Assembly: GCA_964452935.1 (NCBI GenBank)
Contig: CAYVNO010000005.1
Span: 8,558-72,557, forward strand
Source of the DNA: an uncultured Methanosarcinales archaeon
GTDB lineage: Archaea > Nanobdellota > Nanobdellia > Woesearchaeales > DSVV01
Direction: 5' to 3'
Length of the DNA: 64,000 bases
Shown piece after piece: positions 17,710-26,756 of the stretch. The notes beneath the pieces are model-generated. The model ran no database searches. It saw only the letters and a list, made by a program, of their open reading frames with translations, and was not told the DNA's origin. The translations under genes and the position numbers were made by a program. Position 1 is the first letter of the stretch; the number at the start of each line of letters is the position of its first letter.

Positions 17710-17725
17710 GTATTACCTTCTCCGA
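17710..17725 (+). promoter_or_regulatory. Copy 3 of GTATTACCTTCTCCGA element, upstream of TATA-like TTTTATAT
   Basis: Exact 16-mer. It lies 36 nt before ATG 17762, the same spacing as copy 1. Confidence 0.6.
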
Positions 17726-17761
17726 CATCTGCTTTTATATCATCAGAGCCCTGATATTTAT

Positions 17762-20700
17762 ATGAGCTATGACATTCCACCACCATTACAACACAAGGAA
17801 AAGATAATGTTTGGGCTAACTTTCCCTCAACTAGGCTATGCTTTCTTGGCTTTCATAATAATATTTGTAATTATATTCAAGATTAACCTACCAATTGCAG
17901 TAAGTGGAACTATTTCTTTATTTGTCGTATCCATTGCTTCATTCTTCATGTTCTTTGATGGGAGAAAAAGATTAGTTTCTTGGTATAACTACTTAAGAAA
18001 TCCAAAAGTTGAAGTTTTGAGCGATCAATTAAAAAAAATAGTTGACATAAAAAAGATAGAAAACAATTCAATTCAGAAATCAAAATCTAAATTAGCAATA
18101 TTAGAAGTTATTCCAATGAATTTCATGCTAAAGACAGAAGAGGAAAAAGAATCCATCATAATAACCTTCCAGAAATTCCTTAATTCTCTAGATTTTCCAA
18201 TACAAATACATATCTCAAGCAATCCAATCAGCTTAAGTGGACATTTAAAATACACAAATAATCAAGTACAGAAGAAGATAAAAGAGAAAAAAGATAAATC
18301 TTTAAACAAATTAATTGACTCATACTGTAATTTTGTAAACTCTTCTATAAAAGATAACAGCATTCAAAACAGAAACTTTTACATAATAATCCAAGAGAAA
18401 GATAACTTAGACATGCAGGTAGAAGTATGTAAAGATAAATTAACCTCTTTAGGTGTAAAAGTTAGAAGATTAGAAACTCCAGATATCATAAACATGCTTC
18501 ATCAGCAGATAGCAAACAATAAAGACAAGGAGTTTAATAAAGAAGAGATAAAAGATTTGGCACATTTCATGTTTGCTCCAGATAAAGTTAATTTCTTGGC
18601 AGATCATTTCAAAGTAGATGATAAATTTTGCAAGATAATAGCTGTAACTGGATACCCACATAGTGTAGAAATGGGCTTTATGGATAAGATAATCTCTTCT
18701 GGTGATAAGTATGATATTAGTTTACATATTGAACCATTCCCAATAGAAACAACAATGGTTGATTTAAATAGAGATTTACAAAAACAACAATCAGACATAT
18801 ATGCTGATTCAAAAAAAGGCATTCTTAACCAATCATTAGAGATAAAGTTCAAGTCAACAAAGAGAGTTCTTGAAGATTTGCAGAAAGGCAAGCAAAAACT
18901 GTTCAATATTTCTTTATACATCATGTGTAAAGGAGACTCTAAAGAAGATATTGATTTACTAGGAAAGAAAATAAAAGCAGATTTAGATGGCTTAATGATA
19001 CAAAATGCTATTCCAAAATATCAAATGATGGAATCTTACACAAGCACACTGCCTTTAGCAAATAATGTTTTAGATATTAAAAGAAATATACATACAGAAG
19101 GACTTGGAGCATTTTTTCCATTCTCTTCTCCATTCTTAGACATTGACAATGATGGTATAATGCTTGGTTTAAACAAAAACAAAATACCATTAATAAAAAA
19201 CATTTTCAACTTAGCCAATGCAAATGGAATTATACTGGCAACATCAGGCTCTGGTAAAAGTTATTTTACTAAACTTTTGCTCTCAAGACAATATATGAAC
19301 GGCTGTGATGTTATTATCATTGATCCTCAAGGAGAATACTTAGCAATAACAGAGCATTACAAAGGAGAATCTATTACAATCTCTAAAGATTCAAAGACAA
19401 TCATTAATCCATTAGATTTAATGGGGCATGAATATTTAGAAAAAAGATTGTCATTAATGGATTTATTCCCTATAATGTTTGGGGATATTAATGAATTGCA
19501 AAAATCTATACTAGATAGAGCAATAGACATGACTTACAGTAACAGAGGAATTACTAGGGATGATTATGAATCACATGTTCCACCTACAATGGGTGAATTA
19601 TATAATATGTTAAGAAAATTAGAAAAAGATGCAGTCCAGCAGGAAAAAGTAACATACAGGGCTTTGATAAACAGAATTCACATGTATACAAAAGATGGTG
19701 TGTTTGGTTTCTTAGACAGACAAACAGAGATTAATTTTGATAATAATTTTGTTTGTTTTAATATAGGACATATGCCAAAACAAGTAAAGCCTGTTGTAAT
19801 GTATTTAGTTTTAGATTATGTTTTCATGAGAATGAAGAATAGTAATAAAAGAAAATTATTAGTTGTTGATGAAGCTTGGTCAATGCTTCAAACAGCAGAA
19901 GAATCTTCATATATATTTGAAATTGTAAAGACTTGTAGAAAATATAACTTAGGATTATTAATGATTACCCAAGATGTTGCAGATCTTGTGGCATCTAAAG
20001 CAGGGCATGCTGTGTTGACTAACACTTCATATACCTTTTTATTAAGGCAGAAACCTGCTGTAATTCAAAACGTTTCTAAGACCTTCAATCTTAGCCAGAC
20101 TGAAAAAGAGTTCATTATATCGGCTAAATTGGGCTCAGGAATACTAATTATGGAGAATGATCATCAAGAATTAGAAGTTATAGCTTCTCCTGAAGAACAT
20201 AAATTAATCACTACAAATCCAGACGAAATGATTAAGATGGGTGAGAAGAAAAAGCCTAAAGATTCTGGGATAAAAAAGGAAGATGAACAAGCTAACTTAG
20301 ATTTAAACAAAATAGTATTCTCTGGAGAAGGATTGACATTAGTACAAATAAATTTCTTAAATAATAATAGCTATGTTTTCAAGAAAGCTTGTGGATTACA
20401 CAGTAATGTGCCAAAGAAATTTTATGTAAAGGAAAGACCACCAGAATCTATTGATCATACTCTGCTTGTTGGCTTGATTGTTGAAGAATTAAAAAAACAT
20501 ACTGATAAGGTTAATGTTTACCAAACAAAAAAACCAGATATAATTTTCAAAAATAAAGTTGGACAGGAGATTGTTCTAGAAATTGAAACTGGAATTGGTT
20601 TTGACAAGCACAAGAAAAGACTTGAAGAAAAGTTTTCTGAGCTGAAGAAGAAAAAAGGAAAAAGAGCTTACATTGTTTTGACAGAGTTAAAGATCAAGAA

Positions 20701-20824
20701 TAGATACTTGAGGTTTGGTTTGCCCATACTAGGCAGAGCAGATATAGAAAGGTTTGTAATGCAACAATTTAGTGGTAAGAAGAACTCACATATAGGGCGG
20801 GATTTATGCATTACAAATGAATAA
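17762..20824 (+). CDS. VirB4/TrbE/CedB-like conjugation-type ATPase with N-terminal TM (VirB3-like) segment and C-terminal extra domain
   Basis: Two N-terminal TM helices, Walker A ATSGSGKSYFTK, Walker B LLVVDEAWSM and LLMITQDVADL. The roughly 200-aa C-terminal extension contains ESIDH...KKPDIIF...EIVLEIETG. Confidence 0.85.
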   Translation: MSYDIPPPLQHKEKIMFGLTFPQLGYAFLAFIIIFVIIFKINLPIAVSGTISLFVVSIASFFMFFDGRKRLVSWYNYLRNPKVEVLSDQLKKIVDIKKIENNSIQKSKSKLAILEVIPMNFMLKTEEEKESIIITFQKFLNSLDFPIQIHISSNPISLSGHLKYTNNQVQKKIKEKKDKSLNKLIDSYCNFVNSSIKDNSIQNRNFYIIIQEKDNLDMQVEVCKDKLTSLGVKVRRLETPDIINMLHQQIANNKDKEFNKEEIKDLAHFMFAPDKVNFLADHFKVDDKFCKIIAVTGYPHSVEMGFMDKIISSGDKYDISLHIEPFPIETTMVDLNRDLQKQQSDIYADSKKGILNQSLEIKFKSTKRVLEDLQKGKQKLFNISLYIMCKGDSKEDIDLLGKKIKADLDGLMIQNAIPKYQMMESYTSTLPLANNVLDIKRNIHTEGLGAFFPFSSPFLDIDNDGIMLGLNKNKIPLIKNIFNLANANGIILATSGSGKSYFTKLLLSRQYMNGCDVIIIDPQGEYLAITEHYKGESITISKDSKTIINPLDLMGHEYLEKRLSLMDLFPIMFGDINELQKSILDRAIDMTYSNRGITRDDYESHVPPTMGELYNMLRKLEKDAVQQEKVTYRALINRIHMYTKDGVFGFLDRQTEINFDNNFVCFNIGHMPKQVKPVVMYLVLDYVFMRMKNSNKRKLLVVDEAWSMLQTAEESSYIFEIVKTCRKYNLGLLMITQDVADLVASKAGHAVLTNTSYTFLLRQKPAVIQNVSKTFNLSQTEKEFIISAKLGSGILIMENDHQELEVIASPEEHKLITTNPDEMIKMGEKKKPKDSGIKKEDEQANLDLNKIVFSGEGLTLVQINFLNNNSYVFKKACGLHSNVPKKFYVKERPPESIDHTLLVGLIVEELKKHTDKVNVYQTKKPDIIFKNKVGQEIVLEIETGIGFDKHKKRLEEKFSELKKKKGKRAYIVLTELKIKNRYLRFGLPILGRADIERFVMQQFSGKKNSHIGRDLCITNE

Positions 20825-20995
20825 TTCTAGGGGATGGAGGGGCTATATTGGCATTATTATGGATTACAGAGTGCATTACGGGATTTATATATGTTAGGGA
20901 TTGTTGTAAGGCATAGTAGGACAGCTTAATTTGAAAATCCTCGTGCAGAAGTGTTGTTGAGGTAAATTGTCTTTTAAATATGGGAATAAAAAAAC

Positions 20996-21394
20996 TTAAT
21001 TTCCCAGGGATAATTTAACCGCTTCTAAAATTCCCTCTAATTGATCATCCTGAATTTCCTTCTCTGACAACGTACGAATCCTATCTCTTTTTTCTTGGGG
21101 AGGAATCACTTCTCGTTCTATTGGTGCAATTTGAATCTCCTCATCATATCCACATCTATGACGATACTTCGTGTCTAAATCTCCCCACCATCTATTATTA
21201 ACAGTAATTCCTTCGTCTTTGTAGGGAGTAGATGCAGAAAGAGCAGCAAGTCTGGCCGCATAATCCTCAACTTTATTACGAAATGTTTCTTGATCATCTT
21301 TTTGAAACGATAAATGAATTGAACGACGCTCTTTATCTAATTCTAAGTATTCACTAGTATGTTCTAATTCGTAAGTTATTTTTAATTTTCCCAT
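20996..21394 (-). CDS. Hypothetical protein (Lys-poor, acidic)
   Basis: 132-aa ORF with no recognisable motif. Confidence 0.5.
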   Translation of the reverse strand: MGKLKITYELEHTSEYLELDKERRSIHLSFQKDDQETFRNKVEDYAARLAALSASTPYKDEGITVNNRWWGDLDTKYRHRCGYDEEIQIAPIEREVIPPQEKRDRIRTLSEKEIQDDQLEGILEAVKLSLGN

Positions 21395-21482
21395 CTTTTA
21401 GTGGTATTGCTGGTTATTTATATATGTTTCTCCCCCCTAATTGGGGAAAAGTATTTAAATGGCATACTTTTCTATATAAAAC

Positions 21483-22220
21483 ATGATAAAAGAATCATTA
21501 AAGAGAATTGGACTAACAGAAGGAGAATGTCAAGTCTATGAAGCATTAGTACACTTAGGAACTTCAAGCACTGGCAAGATTGTAAAAAGAGCAAATATTG
21601 GGAGTTCAAAAGTTTATGAAGTGTTGCAAAGATTACACAATAAAGGATTAGTCAGTCATGTTGTAAAAAATGGTGTAAAGTATTTTGAAGCAACTCCTCC
21701 AGAAAGACTTATTGATTTTTTAGATGAAAAAAAAGAAGAGTTAACTAATGCTCAAAAAGATATTGAGAAGATCATTCCTCTTATTAAAGCTGAGGAGAAA
21801 AAAGCAGATGAAAAGAATCATACGGTAGTCTATAGTGGAATTCAAGGACCAAAGATTGTTTTGAAAGAGATTTTAGAAGCAGGAAGGAAAGGATTTCCAC
21901 ATTTTGGTTTTGGAACAGATACTGATCCATATGTTAAATATCTTCAACATGATCTGAACAAATATATTGAAGAATCTAAGAAGATTAAATTTACTCAAAA
22001 ATTGATATTTATTAAAAGGTTTAAATCACCAAATACAGAAGCAAAAATAAGATATTTATCTAAAGAATATTTGTTTCCGGTTAGGACAATGATTTATGGA
22101 GATAAAGTTGCGATTGTTGATTTTTCAAAACCAATAACTACAATAGTGATTGAAAATAAACAGATTGCTAATTCTTATAAGAATCATTTTGATTTGTTGT
22201 GGAAAATAGCAAAGCCATAA
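21483..22220 (+). CDS. TrmB-family transcriptional regulator
   Basis: N-terminal wHTH LGLTEGECQVYEALVHLGTSSTGKIVKRANIGSSKVYEVLQRLHNKGLVSHV plus a C-terminal effector-like domain. Confidence 0.75.
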   Translation: MIKESLKRIGLTEGECQVYEALVHLGTSSTGKIVKRANIGSSKVYEVLQRLHNKGLVSHVVKNGVKYFEATPPERLIDFLDEKKEELTNAQKDIEKIIPLIKAEEKKADEKNHTVVYSGIQGPKIVLKEILEAGRKGFPHFGFGTDTDPYVKYLQHDLNKYIEESKKIKFTQKLIFIKRFKSPNTEAKIRYLSKEYLFPVRTMIYGDKVAIVDFSKPITTIVIENKQIANSYKNHFDLLWKIAKP

Positions 22221-22330
22221 TTTTTATTCCCGTCGTTCGTTTTATTTTAGCCCCCGAAAAAATTGAAATTAACTATTTTTATGCAAACCCCATTCTCTAA
22301 ATTTATCCACTGAAAATAGTTTTATTTCTA

Positions 22331-22858
22331 TTAAACATCTTCCATCTTAAACAACTGCTTTGAATACTCTTTGTCTCTCATGAACTTGATCAAATCTTGG
22401 TGAGAACTAGCAGATCTTCCAACATCTTCCAGAACAACCATAGTTTCAGTGTTGCCTATACCTTCAATCTGTGCAATTTTAGTTACAAACCTTTTCAACT
22501 CTCTTATGTCCCTTGCCCTTACTCTCAACAAAATATCATTCTTTCCAGTTAGAGTACTTATACAAGAAATAAAAGGATACTTAGCAAACTGTTTAGCAAT
22601 ATCGACTTGAGTGGTTTGATTTCTTTGTACGTGTTGATAGTGTGTATTTATCAAAACATAAGCAACAACATACAAACCAATTTTTTCATGATCTATCTTA
22701 GCAGAGTAACGTTTAATCACACCTTTCTTTTCCATTCTTTTGATCCTGTTCATTACAGTCATGGTAGGAATATTAGTTATTTTAGAAATATCTCGATGTG
22801 ACATTCTAGCATTGTCTATCAACACTTCCAATATTTTGAAGTCCTTTTCATCTGGCAT
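22331..22858 (-). CDS. Lrp/AsnC-family transcriptional regulator
   Basis: HTH FKILEVLIDNARMSHRDISKITNIPTMTVMNRIKRMEKKGVIKRY plus a RAM-like C-terminal domain. The start overlaps the upstream stop (TAATG). Confidence 0.85.
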   Translation of the reverse strand: MPDEKDFKILEVLIDNARMSHRDISKITNIPTMTVMNRIKRMEKKGVIKRYSAKIDHEKIGLYVVAYVLINTHYQHVQRNQTTQVDIAKQFAKYPFISCISTLTGKNDILLRVRARDIRELKRFVTKIAQIEGIGNTETMVVLEDVGRSASSHQDLIKFMRDKEYSKQLFKMEDV

Positions 22859-23979
22859 TATATTCTCCTCACAAATGCTCTTCTTCCATCTGAAGTTACA
22901 TGTAGATTAATATGGGCATTTTCTCCTCTATCAAGTTGTTTATCAAAAATTTCGTCATCATCTGGAGTGAGTACATCATCACCATCATGAATTATTGACA
23001 CTTGAGGTTTAAACACCTTTGACCTTTGCAAATGTCCAATAGTTAAATCAGATAATAATTTGTCAAAATTACCATGTCCTACCATTTGGACTTTTCTTTT
23101 TCTTGCTACAATCTCAGGAAAGATCACATTATAGTGGAAATCGTATGAACCATCCTCTCCCATAGTATCAAATTCCCATTCCCCTAAATAACAAACAGTG
23201 ATTTTACAGTCAATTCCTTCAGGAGGGGTTGCTCCTCTAACAAAAGGAACTTCAAATTCACCTTTTTCAGGGTCTCTATCTAAATTAAATTCTGAAGGAG
23301 AAAAGTCTCTTGTTCTATGGTATTGTAAAAAATAATTTTTATCACCAGCAGTTATAAATTCCATAATTGGACAATGATTAGGGTCAAAATTATCTAAATT
23401 TCTGATTTGTTCATAAAAATCAACAAGTTGTTGTAATCCATTTCTTTGTTGTTCAGGAAGATATCCAAACATAAGTGTAACATGAGCATTTTCTATTGTA
23501 ACATAACTTCTAACTCTGCCAAATTTTTGTTCATCGTTAGTCATTACATGGTATTTTCCTTTTATTGAAGAATCGGCAACAACAGCTCTACCAAACCCTT
23601 TTAATCTTTCCCAAATTGAGAAACGAGTTTCTTGTTTAAATGATTCCTTATCTATGTCTAGAAGATCACAATATTGTTCAAAATGTGGTGAGTCTTTAGT
23701 TTCTTCATACTGAAAGTATCTACCTTTTATCTCTTCAGCATCTGTTGATCCTCGATATCTTTTTTGTGAGAGTTTTGGACTATCTAATAAACCAGAAACA
23801 CCATCATACTCTTGTGTATGTTCTGATCTTAATAATATTGCTCTATGAGATCTTCTAGCCTCAGCTAAACTATCAAACCTTCTCGTAACAAGTATTCCAT
23901 TCTGTTCTACATAATCAGCAATTGTTCTTTTCGGTTGTCCATTCAACCTACTAGGATCTGCAGTATAATAATCGCCCAT
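22858..23979 (-). CDS. Hypothetical protein, weak resemblance to PEP/pyruvate-binding (PPDK_N, ATP-grasp) domain
   Basis: AILLRSEHTQEYDGVSGLLDS resembles the VRSSxxxED...FAG segment. It is Lys-poor and cotranscribed with the Lrp gene. Confidence 0.55.
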   Translation of the reverse strand: MGDYYTADPSRLNGQPKRTIADYVEQNGILVTRRFDSLAEARRSHRAILLRSEHTQEYDGVSGLLDSPKLSQKRYRGSTDAEEIKGRYFQYEETKDSPHFEQYCDLLDIDKESFKQETRFSIWERLKGFGRAVVADSSIKGKYHVMTNDEQKFGRVRSYVTIENAHVTLMFGYLPEQQRNGLQQLVDFYEQIRNLDNFDPNHCPIMEFITAGDKNYFLQYHRTRDFSPSEFNLDRDPEKGEFEVPFVRGATPPEGIDCKITVCYLGEWEFDTMGEDGSYDFHYNVIFPEIVARKRKVQMVGHGNFDKLLSDLTIGHLQRSKVFKPQVSIIHDGDDVLTPDDDEIFDKQLDRGENAHINLHVTSDGRRAFVRRI

Positions 23980-24520
23980 GGTACTATTCGAGAATGAAGA
24001 ACTAATATAAAAAGATTATGCTTTTATTTTAAAGAAATGTACCAAAATAACCCCTTAATCTGATACAAACTTATCAAATTGTACAAATATTTGACCAACA
24101 GTTATTAATAGTTGTATACCATTATTACCTTTAAAAGAGGGGCTAAAAAGAAGGTGAGACTATAACACTCCTTGCATCAAAAAATGCAAGGAAAGAGGTA
24201 CACCAAAAATGAAAAAACTAAGTTTTATGCCCCACCTAAACAATTCTGAACTGGGAACAACTGCTAAAATAAACAGTCATAAATCGAGTGAACATTTATA
24301 TATTATGAGAACTATTCTTATTATAGGAAAGGTGGAGAATATGACAAAAAACAACTTAAATCAATTCTTGAAATGTATGGTTAGATTGAAGAATGATGTC
24401 CTGAGATGTTTAACTCCATTAAAACGGTACACAGTAAGGGTAGACATCATCTAAAAGCAATAACTAACCAAAATATATTTTATCTTTTTTTAGCATAATA
24501 AATTCGAGGGGGTAATTGAA

Positions 24521-24766
24521 ATGCTAGTTCCAACCCAGTTGGTCACCAAAAAAATCATATCTGTTAATGGAAAAGTCTTTTACAATGATAGAAGACGGAG
24601 AATAGACCTAAAGAGACCTATAAGAGATATGTTTGAAGGAGAGGGTATGGAAATTTTTTATAAGATGGAAATATGTTTGGGTAATAAAAGAACAATTGAA
24701 AGAATTAAGGAATTAGCAGACAAAAATGTCACGCCAATAATAATGTATTTTATGGTGAAAAAATGA
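24521..24766 (+). CDS. Small hypothetical protein translationally coupled to TFB
   Basis: 81-aa ORF. GGGGG/TAATTGAA precedes the ATG, and its stop overlaps the TFB start (ATGA). Confidence 0.4.
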   Translation: MLVPTQLVTKKIISVNGKVFYNDRRRRIDLKRPIRDMFEGEGMEIFYKMEICLGNKRTIERIKELADKNVTPIIMYFMVKK

Positions 24767-25563
24767 ATAAATGCCTAGAATGTGGAAGCAAAGATCAACA
24801 CCAAGTACATACATCTGGGGAACTGGTCTGTAAAAAATGTGGGCTTGTTCTAGATGACATGCCGTTTGAAACTAACCCTTATGTTAGTGATGCAGAGAAA
24901 AGAACAGCAGATATCCCTTATTTAGCTAGAGCTGGAACTCAGAAGATGAATGGAAAATTCATAAAAGACAGCTGGTTGATGTCGACAAGGGAAAAGAACA
25001 TGAGAATTGCTAGACGCAGATTAGGGATAATGAGTTCAAAACTTGATCTATGCAATAAGGTAAAGAAAGAAGCTTATTTCCTTTTCAAGCTTGCAGTAGA
25101 TAGAGAACTAAATGTTGGAAGGGACAATTTAAGTATTTTATATGCTTGTGTTTATGCAGCATGTAAAATTCATCAAATTCCAAAGACTCCGTCCGAGATA
25201 ATCTCATATTCAAGCCTTTCAAGAACTAAATTGTTAAGAGCTTATAGCTTGATTAAGAAAGGTTTAGGGCTTAAAATTGGGATAACTAATATGGATGATT
25301 TTATCCCAAGATTCAGCTCAAGATTAGGGCTAAAACAAACAACAATAACAAAAGTTTATGAGATCATCAATAAATTAGAAGGAAGCCATGTCATTGCAGG
25401 AAAACATCCAAAGACCATTGTAGCTTCAGCTATTTATCTGGCTACAATCATTAAAAAGGATACAAGAACCCAGAGAGAAATAACTAATGCTACTGGAGTA
25501 ATAGAAGTTACAATAAGAAAAAGAAGTAAAGAGATTGCTGAAGAGTTGGGGGTAGAGGTTTGA
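24763..25563 (+). CDS. tfb: Transcription initiation factor IIB (TFB), short form
   Basis: Zn ribbon CLECGS...CKKCG followed by two cyclin-like repeats. At 266 aa it is shorter than typical TFBs. Confidence 0.85.
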   Translation: MNKCLECGSKDQHQVHTSGELVCKKCGLVLDDMPFETNPYVSDAEKRTADIPYLARAGTQKMNGKFIKDSWLMSTREKNMRIARRRLGIMSSKLDLCNKVKKEAYFLFKLAVDRELNVGRDNLSILYACVYAACKIHQIPKTPSEIISYSSLSRTKLLRAYSLIKKGLGLKIGITNMDDFIPRFSSRLGLKQTTITKVYEIINKLEGSHVIAGKHPKTIVASAIYLATIIKKDTRTQREITNATGVIEVTIRKRSKEIAEELGVEV

Positions 25564-25665
25564 TTTTATTAATTTTAATTCCGGTGCTTCTTTCATACTT
25601 TCATTAATGGTAATTAAATGATAGAAACACAAGAGTTATAAATAATTTACTTAACATTTTTAGAA

Positions 25666-26385
25666 ATGGAAATATTTACACTTGTAATTTTAGTAATTGC
25701 AATCTCCTTGGGATTTTTTTTAAGTTCCATGATGGGATTTGCTGCTGCTTTGATAGCTCTTCCTCTCTTATTATATGTTCAAAATATACAAGAAGCAGTA
25801 GCATTGATTTCTGTTTTTGTATTTATTTTTAGTATTATCAAAATTTATCAACTTGGAGCAATTATGGACAAAAAAGTTATTGCTCAAATGCTTATTGGAA
25901 TAATTGGTGGTCTTTTAATTGGTATTTATCTATTAAAATATGGTAATCCTCTCCTACTGAAAAAACTACTTGGTGTTTTTGTCTTACTTTATGTTGGATA
26001 TTCATCTATAAAACAAACTCAAATTAAAATATTTAAAAAATTAGGGATCTTGTTTGGTTTTATAGGGGGAATTTTTTCAGGAATGTTTGCTACAGGTGGA
26101 CCTTTATATGTAACTTATTTACATAACAAATTGAAAAATGTAGAGGTATTTAGAGCAACAGTAATTGGAACAATGGGCATATCCAATTTTATAAGAATCA
26201 TATTATTAACCTATAATGGTTTATTACCCAAAGAAATTTTAATTAATTCTATCTATATATTACCTTTCTTTTTTATTGCAATATATTTAGGGCAAAAAGC
26301 TTATAATAGAACTAATGAAAAAACATTCAAAAAATTAATATTAATTATTTTGGTTATTTTAGGTATTAAATTGATAATATGGTAA
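25666..26385 (+). CDS. TauE/SafE (DUF81) family anion exporter
   Basis: About 7-8 TM helices, MGFAAALIALPLLL and the internal repeat GGIFSGMFATGGPL. Confidence 0.7.
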   Translation: MEIFTLVILVIAISLGFFLSSMMGFAAALIALPLLLYVQNIQEAVALISVFVFIFSIIKIYQLGAIMDKKVIAQMLIGIIGGLLIGIYLLKYGNPLLLKKLLGVFVLLYVGYSSIKQTQIKIFKKLGILFGFIGGIFSGMFATGGPLYVTYLHNKLKNVEVFRATVIGTMGISNFIRIILLTYNGLLPKEILINSIYILPFFFIAIYLGQKAYNRTNEKTFKKLILIILVILGIKLIIW

Positions 26386-26404
26386 TTTCTTTATCATACT
26401 TTTC

Positions 26405-26581
26405 TTAAAAATAATCTTTTCTCTTCGGATCATCTTTCTTCATCTTCTCAAGTATGGCTGTTCTGATGTAATGAGATACTGAAAAGCAATCATTGGTCTG
26501 TTTCTTTAATTCCTTCCATAATTTATTAGGACAATTAAAGCTTCTTCTTTCAGACCTCATTGTTTCATATTCAGTCTCCAT
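26405..26581 (-). CDS. Ribbon-helix-helix (CopG-like) protein
   Basis: The start is chosen at METEYETM. The beta-strand RRSFNCP is followed by helices LWKELKKQT and SVSHYIRTAILEKM. Confidence 0.6.
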   Translation of the reverse strand: METEYETMRSERRSFNCPNKLWKELKKQTNDCFSVSHYIRTAILEKMKKDDPKRKDYF

Positions 26582-26756
26582 CTTGACACACCTTCTCATA
26601 TATTTTATTGATTTTCTCTTCCATGGAGAAAGACATAAACAAAGCAAATCTGATGTAATCAGATTTTTTCATAAATCCAGCAGATTTAGCTTTGGCTATC
26701 AAAATCTGTTCCTGCTCTGGAGATATCTTGACAGTTACAACTTTTGTCTTTACCAT
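26571..26756 (-). CDS. Ribbon-helix-helix (MobC/CopG-like) protein
   Basis: The start is chosen at MVKTKVVTVKISPEQEQILIAKAKSAGFMKKSDYIRFAL. The longer track ORF adds an implausible N-terminus. Confidence 0.6.
   Translation of the reverse strand: MVKTKVVTVKISPEQEQILIAKAKSAGFMKKSDYIRFALFMSFSMEEKINKIYEKVCQDGD

Larger units (their letters stand above)
5662..20824. mobile_element. Putative integrated element (recombinase, two methylase/nuclease modules, T4SS-like module); ends not resolved
   Basis: The gene content is listed in the entries below. A shared 16-nt promoter-proximal element links three of its operons. I found no flanking direct repeats, so the boundaries are provisional. Confidence 0.5.

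Noticed and set aside
24209-24454. 81-aa ORF in the 540-nt spacer upstream of the TFB operon.
   Set aside because: It has no motif, no obvious ribosome-binding site or promoter and odd composition. It is left uncalled but could be real. A nearby hairpin, CCTTGCAT-caaaaa-ATGCAAGG (about 24169..24190), is also unexplained.
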